Assembly: GCA_051294375.1 (NCBI GenBank) | Contig: CM119268.1 | Coordinates: 16,884,013 to 16,947,946 of the forward strand | Direction: 5' to 3' | Length of the DNA stretch: 63,934 nt | From: Paraspadella gotoi | Taxonomy: Eukaryota > Animalia > Chaetognatha | Part shown: piece by piece, positions 1 to 57,912 of the stretch | Position numbering within the stretch: position 1 is the first letter of the stretch | How the letters are laid out: the number at the start of each line of letters is the position of its first letter | The notes under the pieces: generated by a model | Databases searched by the model: none | Told to the model about the DNA's origin: nothing | The model's input: only the letters and a program-made list of their open reading frames with translations | Program-made: the position numbers and the translations under genes

Positions 1-290
1 TTATTTTTTTTTTGTTACAGGAGCGGCAAGTATAAGAGAATAAACTACGGATTCAAAGTTAATTTGGTAAAAGAAATAATAAAATTACTCGTGTTAACCA
101 AGGAAATTGAAATTTAAAAAAATATATAACCTAAGGAAATATGCACATTTACAACGAGGACACAATCACCATCACATCTCATACTTTTCCCGACGAAATC
201 ATATCATTAACTTTTATTCGTTGTTTTTTTCTGAGTTAATTCCATTGTCACCTCTGATCGCTTTCCATCACGGCGACGATGAAAAACGAG

Positions 291-322
<32 letters not shown>

Positions 323-613
323 NNNNNNNNNNNNNNNNNNNNNNNNNNNNNNNNNNNNNNNNNNNNNNNNNNNNNNNNNNNNNNNNNNNNNNNNNNNNNN
401 NNNNNNNNNNNNNNNNNNNNNNNNNNNNNNNNNNNNNNNACACTCCATTTGTCACCGGTGAGCTGTTTTTTTTCTCTCAATCTTGTTCAAGTAGTGAAAA
501 ATATATGACGCCCAACTCGTGATTCGATTCTGCCAACTTTTTTCTTATTGCAAGTTCGAGTAGACAATTTTTGGGATCATTTCTAATCAAACTTCTGACT
601 TCGATCAACTTGG

Positions 614-644
<31 letters not shown>

Positions 645-1358
645 GATTTTTCGTCTCAGCACTCTAATGCTAAAACGAACATTGTCGTCTATGTTTTCCA
701 ACTTATTATTGTTAAAAAAATCATAATCTTTGATTCTATTTTCCTTTACAAAACCGGAAAACCACAAAGGAAATAAAAATATTTGAAAAAAAAAAGTATT
801 TTCAAAAACATTCCTGCTCGTAACTGTACGATTTAATCATAGTAACTCCATCACTTTCCCCCTAAGACCAAGTTGGACCAACAAAACAAAAGATTAGAAC
901 GCGAGAATGCTTGTATTCACATTGATTGACTAGTAATACATACGTAAGTAGAAGAAAGTGGTTTACCTTTGATAAAACGGAAAACACCTTCTCGAAGTAA
1001 AAACGTGGATTCGGAATGGATAATTAATTTCCGCTTTATCTCTCAATTTCATCGCAACATCGTTTTTTAATCCACAAACGAGACGAAAAACGATTAATCA
1101 GAAGGGATTAATTAATTTTGACACAGAAATAGAATTACTATGTAGTTTCCAATTTTGTACCGACATTATCGTCATGTAAATACTGGTGTCAAAAGAGCTA
1201 AGATGGCCGTTGTCTCTTTAATCTTTGAAAAGACAGTAAATCTGTCCGGATATCAGAGTAGTTTACGAAAAAATAAAAAAATAAAAAACATAAAAGCTCT
1301 GAGTGCAGATTTTTATGGAAACTTTAATTAATAATGAATCAACTTCGCCTTCGCCTTC

Positions 1359-1417
1359 GGATAAGGGATAAGGGATAAGGGATAAGGGATAAGGGATAAG
1401 GGATAAGGGATAAGGGA
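1359..1417. repeat. (GGATAAG)n heptamer array, ~8 copies
   Basis: Perfect 7-bp tandem repeat. Confidence 0.95.
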
Positions 1418-1838
1418 CTCTCTTTTTTCTCTCTCTCCTTTTCCCAAGACTTAGCGATGAACATGATTTAGGTTTAAATCGCCGATGGCAGTGATTTGCA
1501 GAAAAATAATTCAATGAATGTTCGGGGTGGTACAGATGTGCTAGCATGCGAGAATATTTCGTGACTGGCTAAATTCAAACATCAATTTAATAAAAAAAAA
1601 CTAGTAAAAAACCAATATTAAAAATTTCGAAATAATAAAAAAAAATTAAATAAAAATGACGTTTAATAACCCCAGCATCAGCACAAATAAAATTATTAAT
1701 ACGTAAATAACTAAAATGCAAACCGCAAATCAAGGTTTGACAAAGGATCGTTGATAAATTATCACAAATACAGGGAGACTCCCGCCGACAAAGATATTTT
1801 AATCAATAATATTAATACAAATATATTCGGAATATTTT

Positions 1839-40036
<38,198 letters not shown>

Positions 40037-40947
40037 CTTTGTCGCTGAGAGTGCTGTGGTTAAGACCGGCAGTGGGTACTGTTGCTGCAGTGGAGTATGC
40101 AGCCGAAGCTGCTTCAGATAAAGTGTCGCAAGGGAAAACTTCTCTGATGTGACGTCGAGTGAGTAAAGTTAATATAAAAGAGACGCATACATTTGACAGT
40201 TGAATTTATGTTTTTTTACAACGTAAATCTTCACGCTGAAAGAAATCGAGATCAAATATTTATAAAAAAAAACACTTAACAGTTAGAGAAATATATTTTT
40301 AAAGAATAATGGGCATTAAATTCAAGTGATAATATTAAAAATTAGAAGCATCTTGTCAGATTTTTGATTCAAAGGCCGTAACTGGCTTGAAATTATTATA
40401 TTTATTTTCTCCCTGTGTTGAAAGATTGTTAGAATAAAAAAAAACAATTTTAAAAAGAATTCTATCGGCCACTGACCAAGAAAACATGTTTGTCGAATTT
40501 AACTCAATTTCTTTAATCATCAGTAAACAGATTAAACGAAAAACATATTCTTTTGAGTAATTGGACGTAACATTCTAAAATTGTAATATTCTAACATTTT
40601 AACATTAATAATTCCGTCGTATCGACGAACGTTGAATCTGATATGAAATTCCGTGAGAGAATTTTCGTTCCTTCATTTTCTCATTTTCCTTTCACTGTCG
40701 CGTTGACTTCGCTCCTCAATTTTTTTCGTGTGATCACAATTAACTCTTATCATTATCATATTTCACCGATTCTTCCCTCTCTTCCTCAATTTTTCGGGCT
40801 TAACTTCACCCTCCTCCTTCTCCTCCTCCTCCTCCTCCTCTTGTTCTTTCTCCCGATAATTTTTTTCTCTGGTTCTTCTCCCTCTTGGTTTCCTCCATAC
40901 TTTTCTCTCCTTCCTTTTTCGCTCTCTCCTCCCCCTCTCCCTCTCCT

Positions 40948-48075
<7,128 letters not shown>

Positions 48076-48883
48076 GACGCGTGCGGACGGGAGAAGGGTT
48101 GAGAGTGGGGCTAAGGGATGTGGCGAAGGCTCTAGTGGTTTTATGATACGATGCAGAAAGAGAGGAACTCTCTTTTTCTTCTTCTCTTGTCTTTTCTTCT
48201 TTTCTTGTAAAGAGACGACGAGTAAGGTTTCGGTCTGGTGAGTTTTGCCTTCACCCACTCTTTGTGATTCTCGAATTCCTATTTTTCTCTTTTTTTACAT
48301 TTTCGTCGTTGGCGCCAAAATTTCGCTATAAACGAAATAGGATATTTTCTCGGCTCGTCGCACGAGAGACTAAAGAGAAAATCTAAAAAGTCGCGACAGG
48401 AAAAAGAAATCAATGGAATTGACTCTGACGGGAGAACGCGAGGAACGGGGAGAACGGAAGAACGGAAGAACAGGAGAATGGGAGAACGGAAACGCATACG
48501 CGAAAAGGAAAGTAAGGCGAGTCAAAAAAATGAAAATCGTGGGAAGGATGAAGGATGAAGCAACCGTGAAAATAAATAAGAAAAAAAAATCGAATTTCCA
48601 TTATTTGTGGTCAGATTTTTTTAGAATTATATCAATCGTGAAAAAAATTGTAAAAGATACAAATGGTTTGTATAAAGTTGGTGACGAGGTTTACATTTTT
48701 TACTAACTACCGATGAAACAGAAGAAACAATTGTCAATTCAAAATGGCGGCCTCTTTAACTTAAAAATCTCTTTCTCCGTCGTTCACTCCAGGCAAACGA
48801 CTTCACCCAGCACAAGTCCGCGACCAAGCTCCATTCCTCCACCAAGCACAGATCCCCAGGCAAGCACCTTCTCCTTCGCTTCT

Positions 48884-50098
48884 TCATCTAAAATTGATGA
48901 AGTCGTACTCTCTCTTTAAAGGCAGAGTAATGGTTAGTTTTCCCGTGTCGACGTCCCACTGGGCCGTGCCGCTGCGGCTGTCGACGGGGTGAGGCAGCGG
49001 CAGCCGCAGCTTGAATCGCGGGCTGCGGCAGTCGACNNNNNNNNNNNNNNNNNNNNTTTTTTATTTATATTTTATGGTTTAAGTTTTCCGAAACATGAAA
49101 AAAATAAAAATATTGGCTTTCATTTTTTTATTGTTTTTTAATATTTGTGTACTCAAGTCTTAACTCCAGGAGACGTTTTTAAAATTTGAAATATCTTTAC
49201 TTCCTACTTCCCGTATTTTTCTTTAAATAATACTTTTTTTTCCCAAATTTGTTTTTCAATCATGCAACAAAAATTTAAAAAAACAAAAAAAAAAAAAAAC
49301 AGTTTGACTTTGTTTTTTTCTTAAGCCTTTTCATTCTATCTTTTTTCAGTAACAGATTCAAGGAAATGGAAATAAAAGGCAGAAAATATCCCGTAGTAGA
49401 AAATACGAAAATACGCTCGCCCCCACCTTTTAGTGTCGGGCATCTCGACCTCGATCTTCATCTCCTCGCAACAGGCCGACGTGGGGTCTTTGCCCGACAT
49501 CCCGAGGAACATGTCTTCGGTACCGACGCGTTGTCGGTAGAGGATCCGGTGGAGGGGCTCTTCCCTCGGGTCGACGTCGTCGTCGGGCGCAGCCGAACTC
49601 ACCTCTTCCTCATCCCAGATCGAGTTCGGGTCACTCACCTTTTTCTGGTAGACACTGGGGATAAATGTTTGATTGATTGATTGAGTGAATTTAATGACTG
49701 GGTTGTCAAATTAATTGACTTATTTAATTCATCTATTGATTGTTAATTTGATAAATTTAATGCCTGTTGAATTCATTGATGGATAAATAAATTAATATTT
49801 TTACTGATTGATTAATTGATTGATTATGATTATTAATAGTATTTTTGGATTATTTATTGTTATTATTATTTATCATTAATCGACTGAATGATTAATTATT
49901 TCGATCATTTTTCCACCTCGCTGCCGTCTTTCCTTCCTTCTTTTTGGGCGGTCCCACGTGTCCCGGTCCCATTTTGGCGCCGGGCGTCTCGTCTCCGCTG
50001 TCGTCGTCGTCGGCGTCGTCATCTTTTCGGGCGGCGTCGAAGAGTTTCATGACGGAGCCCATGTCGAAGGTTGTCGTCGGATCCGCCATATGCGCCAT
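48884..50098 (-). CDS. DNAAF6: Dynein axonemal assembly factor 6 / PIH1D3 (3 coding exons; start of exon 3 lost in N gap)
   Basis: Exons 50098-49917, 49654-49427 and >=49036-48884 (gap at 49037-49056). Motifs MGPGHVGP, SIWDEEEV, DPREEP..ILYRQRVGTEDMFLGMSGKDPTSACCEEMKIEVEMPDT and VDCRSPRFKLRLPLPHPVD...LKREYDFINFR* are characteristic of PIH1D3/Twister. The start could alternatively be ATG at 50089. Confidence 0.9.
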
Positions 50099-50561
50099 CT
50101 CGAGGCGATAGATTGAAAAGTAGCTTCGACGTGTTTTTTTTTTTTTTTTGTATCTTTGTTTTTTAAATACATCATTAAAATAAATAGTAAAAAAACTTTG
50201 TTTTTTAATCCCATATCTCAGCTTGTATTCAATATTCAATGCAATATTTAGCGCATTCAATATTGTTTTACTCTTGAGTCTTGATAGACAACTTAATTAG
50301 CATTGGTTATAGAAAAAAAAATTTGCATATTTGAAAAGCCGAAAGAATACTCACTTTTATTATTTTATTTTATTTTTATTTTTTTGAAAATAAGAAACGA
50401 TTTCTCTCTAAAGGTTGAAAGAATAGTTTCGTTGATTAACACGAAATTTAATTTATTTTATTCTGTAGTTCGTGGTTAAATTGATATTGGATTTGAGATA
50501 TTTCTCTATTTTTTCCACTAGAAATTCAACGTTGATGAGATGAAAGCTCTGGACAAATCAT

Positions 50562-50575
50562 GTTACCTTGGCGAC
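50562..50575. promoter_or_regulatory. RFX X-box upstream of DNAAF6
   Basis: GTTACCTTGGCGAC (minus strand GTCGCCAAGGTAAC) fits GTYRCC-N2-RGYAAC. It lies about 465 nt upstream of the ATG, with CCAAT boxes at about 50640 (ATTGG) and 50666. Confidence 0.7.
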
Positions 50576-51645
50576 GAGGACAACAATCTTTCCGCTTCAA
50601 TTTTGCATTTCCCTGGATTCCGTTCCGGCGAAGGCTCTGATTGGAGGAGAATGCAATTTTCTCGACCAATGAAAGGCGAAGAATGGAGAATGAAGAATGG
50701 AGAAGTCGAATTTGTCAAAAGTTTATATTAGGATTGAATAATTGAATGAGGAAATAATTTTTTAAATTTTTTAGTGAATGAAATCATCATAAAATGGCTA
50801 TTCTTTTTCATTAATTATTTGAAAGCTGGCTTGTCTACCTAAAAACATCGCAAATGATAAATATCCATGAATTTTTATCGAATTGTAATTAATTTACAAA
50901 ATTGGTTTAAACCTTAATTTTGGATCACTAATGACAAACGATGACAATTTATGACGTAACACCAACAGTGAACAGAGATGCCATCGGATTACTTCAATAT
51001 CATGGAGTCACACAAATGTTATTTTTGCCACAAAAAAAGCCAACAATAATTCAACAGAGCAAACAGTTCTGAATAAATACTAGAGTAGCACACAGTATAA
51101 GTAAATGAGTATCAAAATATATATTTAAAGATTTACATCTGCATCGGTTGTAAAATTAAAACAAATGCCACGAAGAGCTTTTAAGACAAAGTTCTCATTT
51201 TTAATCCCCAAGTTTAGTAATTCATACAAAATCCAAATGCCAATGAACATGGAAAAAAAAAGTCAAACAAATAACGAAACTTTATTACAGATGAAACAGC
51301 ATGGCAATAATCAATAAAGAAACTAATCTAATTACTGCGATGTGACAATTTCTACTATAGTTAGGCATAAAGGTAGCCGGTAATACCGTTATCTCCAACA
51401 AGTGCTCGATTTTAAAAAACAACAAAAACGGGTTGAACAGAAAGTTTACCAAAAAATGAGTGAAAATTTAAACTCTTGGCACACATGATGGTCTTAGAAA
51501 AGATTTATAAAAAATCAATGGTCTACCATTCATAAAAATAATGAAAATAATGAAAATGTCAAAATAAAAATGCTGACACAGTTTGTTTCTTTTTCATAAT
51601 GATAAAACTTCGAACAGCTTCAAATTTGACGACAAAGGGTAATTT

Positions 51646-52973
51646 TCAATCTCTCGGCCCTGGAAAAAAAACAAAAAAACACGGCGACAACCCAGGCCCT
51701 GTCAGGCTCTGGATTGTCCAGGTTGGGGCTCCGGTTGCAACGAGAGCTGAACCCCAGCGGGGTTCAGGCACCAGGCATTGCCTCTCTTCAACCCTGGTCT
51801 CTACGGTTCCTGCGTTGAGCGAATCTTCTTTCGACGACGACGACAACGACGACAATCGCTTTTCCCTTCTCTCCTCCGCTCTGGCGCGCAGGTCCTGATG
51901 AAAATGATAATGTCGTGGAGCGGTTGGGGAAAGGCAATGATCTATAAACATTCTCGAAATCATTATTATATTCTTATGACTTATCGACAGCAGATTATCT
52001 CGTTCTAGGCGTCACCGCCGTCACCACTCCAAAAGATTTTAAAAACAAATCACAAAAGATAAAGATATTTGTAATTTAACTACAGCCAAAATAAAATCGT
52101 TATGAAATTGGTACAACCAATATAAAAATTAACGATTCATTTAATAAATAAGCAATCTTGCCCCTGACTTTGGAAAGGCTTTGGTGGTTTAAGGCTTCAA
52201 TCGCTCTTACAAGTTAATGACAAAGCAGGTCCCTGCAAGCTTTCAATCAAAATTCTCGCTCTATAAGCTCTTTTAAAATCGTAGGTCCGAGAGTGGAACC
52301 TACTTTCTAATAGGTCAGCGAGAATAGAAGAAAAAGAAGCAAAGAAAGGCAAGCTACTTGATCATTCAGAACCCTGGGATAATGTTCAATGGGGTTGTTT
52401 ACGATAAAGAAATTTTCAACTTCATTTGTCTTCAATATTTTTTTTTTATGTTCAGATATTAACTTATCTTTGTCATGAATCATTAGATGAAGAGATATAT
52501 GCCGATCGTATCATCATCGACAATGACAACAACAACACAAAGAACGCATAATGTATAATGTATATAATGTGAAGGCACGGATTAAACAGTCATACCGCTA
52601 GACAGACAATCAGGATCAGCGATCGGAATTCCTTTTCACGCTTACGTTGAGAATATGAATCTGATTTTCGTCGCTGCCGTCGTAGGCGGCCATCTTGACT
52701 CCGTGCAAGAGGGAGACGTTCATTTCGACCTCGCAAGGTGGCGGGAGCGGAAGGGGGCCCCTAAAATGAAAGGGTGGGGTTTGTAAAAGCGAGATTGAAA
52801 AATGTGAAATTTATTTTTCTTAAAATAAGGCTGTGAAAACTGACACATCGTTAATTTCGACTCTCATATTTACTGCGAAAGGAATAGGCTTCGATAAAAA
52901 ATAAGTTTGCGCTGACTGTCATCCTTTCGAAAAGATAAAAAAATTAGTGAAACCTGGACGCTTTCCAAAACCC

Positions 52974-53037
<64 letters not shown>

Positions 53038-56000
53038 ACCTTCTCCTCACCTGTAAGGTAAGGGTCCCTTAGGCCTGACCGTGACGGGTCGGTCGTTCTG
53101 CCTTCCGTTGACGAGGTAAGTCGTGGGTTTTTTCTCAAAGACGACGAGCGGGCCGCGACGATCGTGCTCTCTCTTGAAGCATTTGAAAAATTTGAAGGAG
53201 AGCTCTCGCCGGAAGCGCTTCCCGCCTGAACGGGTGGGGGAGGGGGAAAGAAAAGCGAGCGAAAGTTACGTTCTATGTATTTTTAAAATATAAGTTATAT
53301 TTCGATTTTCTATCGCGCAATTTCTACGGCGCGCGATATACTTGTTAGCAAATTTAGATCTTATCTCGAGGATTCCTCGAATTCTGACTTTGACAGTTTA
53401 ATCCAGAGTTTGCGCCGTAAACTTTAAAATAGACAATTGATTAAATATTCTATCACCAAAGGGCAAGAGCCCTTCTTGAAAATCCCCATTTCTTCGAGAA
53501 AGAGGAATTTAGTGAGCAGATGTGAAGTTTCAATAATTTCGTTTTAAAATCCGAACCCACGAATTAATCCGTTTAAATCGCGACTGGAAATCGACGATTT
53601 TTTATCCTATGGAATAATTGATTGCTTCGGGCCTCTAACATAGAGTATTTTCTGTATATTAAAATACAAGTTCGGATTTCATTTATTTCAATACTATTTC
53701 GACTTTGAAATGACACGAAAAAGAATCAAACAAACGAAAAAGAAATCGTTTGAGTGGTGATGACTTTTTAACGACTTCCGCCATTTTATGCGAGTAAAGA
53801 GACAAAAACTTACGGTACGCGAAAGCGTAGAGTGTCCTTTTTCCAGGGATCAAATAATTCTTCTATTTTTGCGTCTAATGAGCTGATATCTTAACATAAA
53901 ATAGTCTCAACGTTGGTCTATTGCCCATTGGGTTAAAATTTTAATCGGACAATTCTAACCACTTAAAAATAGGCCCAAAAAAAAATTTTAAAAGTTGCAT
54001 AACTTGATCATTTTATGTAGTACATTTTTAAAATTTTACATATACATACTCAAAAGGGTTTGTGAGATGTTGTCAGAATAGTGTATAAAATTTGAACAGT
54101 TTATTAGCATTTACTAAGGGAAATATTTTAGATGTGTCATTTTTTTTAATCAGTGAATATTAGTGAATATTAGTGAATATTATGATTTTATATTACAGTC
54201 TTAGATGGGCCTTCGGTAGCTCTACAACATATATGAGTTTTGGTCATCTAAAAAAAAAATTTGTCACAGGTCAAAATTTTAATGACAAAATTCAATTGTC
54301 ATTTATACCTAAAATATAAAGAGAACTTGATTGATATTTTGACCATAAAATAGCCAAAGCATACTTTATCTGCTGGTGGTCTCAAAAATTTAACTTAAAA
54401 TTAGCATAATCTCATTTGCATATTTAAAGATTTTTCTACTTTACTAAATTTATCCTTACTAGGTAAGTATTTTTTTATTGTTTTAAGTGCTAACAATTGC
54501 ATATGTATAAGCTTTAACTTAAGCTTATTTTGGAGAATTTTTTAACTTTATTTTCAAATTGATATTATTTTTAAGATATTACTTTAAAAAAGGTTTTTAT
54601 TATTACTTTATCAAATTTCAAATTTTTTTATTATTATAAAAAGAGATTAAGACAAGGATTCTAAATATATAAATATTTTGTAAATTAGATCACCCAAGGC
54701 CGAGATATGGCATTCTGAAATTGTCAAAAAAGAGAAAAAAATACACCTTTTCAAACCCCAATAAAAAACTGTACAATCAACATATCTCTTAATATTTTAA
54801 AGAGAGGTAATATTTTCTGTCAAATTAACAGTCTTTAAGTTTCAGATCAATCGGAAAACTTTTACTATTAAATCTTGAAGGAGAAAGTAAATTTTTGAAA
54901 AAAATCGATTTTTAAAAAATAAGTTTGAGCAAACAATGTCGGATCTGCCCACGATCATCATCGGTAATTAATTAATTAATAATTAATCAATTAATAACTA
55001 ATTTATTAATAATTAATAATTAATAAATAATTAATTTAAGTTAATTAATTATTTAATTAATAATTAATTTATTTTAAGTTAATTATTTAACAGCAATCGG
55101 CAATTTGATCAGAAATGTTTGTTTTGATTGATTAATTGACTGATTAATTAATTATTTTTAATTAATTGACTAATTGACTAATTAACTGATTAATTATTTG
55201 ATTAATTAATACATCTTGCATTTACATTTAATATAAAAAAAAAAGCATAATCAATTAGTAAAACAGGTTTTTTGTTTTTTCCATTTAAACTCATTTTCCA
55301 CTCAACGATTTCATCGAAACTTGATTTCCAGTTTAATCACGCACTTTTCTACCCAAATACAAAATTTCAAGTCAATCGCCACATCCACTCATGAGTAATT
55401 GGTGTTCAAATAGTGAAATATAATTTTTTTGTTTTTTTCCATTTAAACTCATTTCCACTCAGACGATTCTATCGAAACTTCATATTCAGCTCAATCACAC
55501 ACTTCTGTACCTACACACAAAATTACATTCCAATCCATTCATCCAATCACGAGTAATTGGTGTTTTTTGCTAAGGTGGGACGGATGGACGGATGGACAGA
55601 CATACATATGGACGGACATAGTTTTTTTTTTGCATAATTTATCATAATTCGATGTTCTGACATGATATAAGTGAATACCTGACAAGATTGATGGGGCGGA
55701 CCGACAAAGTAAATTATAGAGTCTGGATCTGCTGCAAGCAGATCCGACTAAAAATAGATAGATGAATAATGTAAAAAGATTAAAGTTACGATGTGTTGAG
55801 AGAGCGAGGGCAGAAGATATCCTTGTATGAACGCTATATTTTAAAATGGGCCATATTGGATTCGTCCCCACCACGATGACCCTGGTGCAGAGTCTGAGCA
55901 GAGAAAACTGGTGGGTGCATTTTTCCTTTTGAGCCTCCATGCAACTCCGAATGAAGACGCTCCCCGGTTAGCTACTTCCGGTTCCAGCTATCAATAAATC

Positions 56001-57871
56001 AATCCATCCATCAATCCATCAATCAATTCATCAATCAATAAATCAATCTATCATCCAATCCATCAGTCAATCCATCAATTAATCAATAAACAGTTGCATC
56101 AACATGGGCATGATTAAATTCATCGCAATTTATAGAACAAGGGTAAAAGAAAATTATTGTTCTTTTCCTTTCACTCATAAATTTACAACTTTATTGATTT
56201 TTCAGACAAAGAATTACAGATAAATGACTAAGAGACGCGATGTAATTACGTACTTAAGAATTAACAGTTATCAGTATATTTCTTTCTTTCTTTCTCTCTC
56301 TCTCTGTAAAGACTGATGTTCATGCCTTGCGGCCCAAGGCGTTCGACGTGTCACCCGTCGAGAAAGGGGTTCTGACGAGAGTTTTGAGTAATAAATTACG
56401 CATATTGGTCGTAAAAAATTGTGGCAATAATTGTGACAAAAACAGTAGCGAAGTTGCGAAAACGCTTATCTATCAATAGATTGATTGGTTGGTTGATTGA
56501 GTGATTGATCCATCTATCAATTGATCAAATGATTGACTTATTGGTTCTTTTACTGATTGATTGATAGTTTATACAAATGATGTTTTGCGTTTTTTAATTT
56601 TTTTTTTCTTAATTCTTTTTTTTCTTCATTTTTTATTCATTCATTTTCATTNNNNNNNNNNNNNNNNNNNNNNNNNNNNNNNNNNNNNNNNNNNNNNNNN
56701 NNNNNNNNNNNNNNNNNNNNNNNNNNNNNNNNNNNNNNNNNNNNNNNNNNNAATAGATGAATATGTTAAAAAGGTTAAGTTACGATGTGTTGAGAGAGCG
56801 AGGGCGGAAGATATCCGTAAGGCTATTTTAGAAATGCTGCGCCTATGTGGACAACTGGTTGTAAGTTATACCATCCTCAACCCCACATATTGCCCTGGAA
56901 TGAGCTCGTCAGGCCAAACATGCTAAGTATGAAGGAAAACTGCCGGCCGACGTTGGCTTCATCCCTTTGGTTGTCACTACCTTTGGGGCATGCCTGGATG
57001 CTTTTCTCAAACCTAAAAGACTTTGCCAAATTCCAAGCAACGAATGCAGGCTTAGATATCAGCAAAACGTCTAAGCACTTTTTTGAGAGACTTTCTGTCT
57101 GCCTTCAGTGGCGAGAATGGGAACCTGCTTGCTTCCGAAGTCCCGTGATTGAGTTGCCTTCTCATGTGGACGAGTTGCTTGACTTTGTCCCCTGATCTCT
57201 TTTTTTTTTTTATTTTCCTTTTTTGTTTACGTTTATTGTTGACATAAGATATTTTTTGCAACCATTCCCGCAATTATTTGTTTGCTTTTTCTTTTCAGAA
57301 AAAAAGTAATTAAAGACATTTAGATGAAGTATGAAGTATGAATGCTATATTTTATATTGCCTCTCCGGCGAACTGGTTGTATGTAATTAGAACATCTGGA
57401 TGAAGTATAAATCATCTCCCAAAAGCTTGCGCTTCAGGGCATTGTACCTACAGTGACTACCCCATGTCACTGGACCAAGTATTTTCCCTGTCCAAGCTAA
57501 TAATGAGTTTAACCAGACTATCTCGGAGACAGGTTTTAGGATTAACACAGAGTATCTCATTTACCGTCTTTCTGCATGGTTCTTTTTTTAAAAATCGATT
57601 TTTTTCAAAAATTTACTTTCTCCATAACGATTTAATAGTAAAAGTTTTCCGATTGATCTGAAACTTAAAGACTGTTAATTTGAATGAAAATATTACCTAT
57701 CTTTAAAATATTAATGAGATATTTTGATTGTACAGTTTTTTATTGGGGTTTAAAAAGGTGTATTTTTTTCTCTTTTTGACAATTTCAAAATGCCATATCT
57801 CGGCCTTGGATGATCTAATTTACAAAATATTTATATATTTAGAATTCTTGTCTTAGTCTCTTTTTATAATA

Positions 57872-57912
<41 letters not shown>

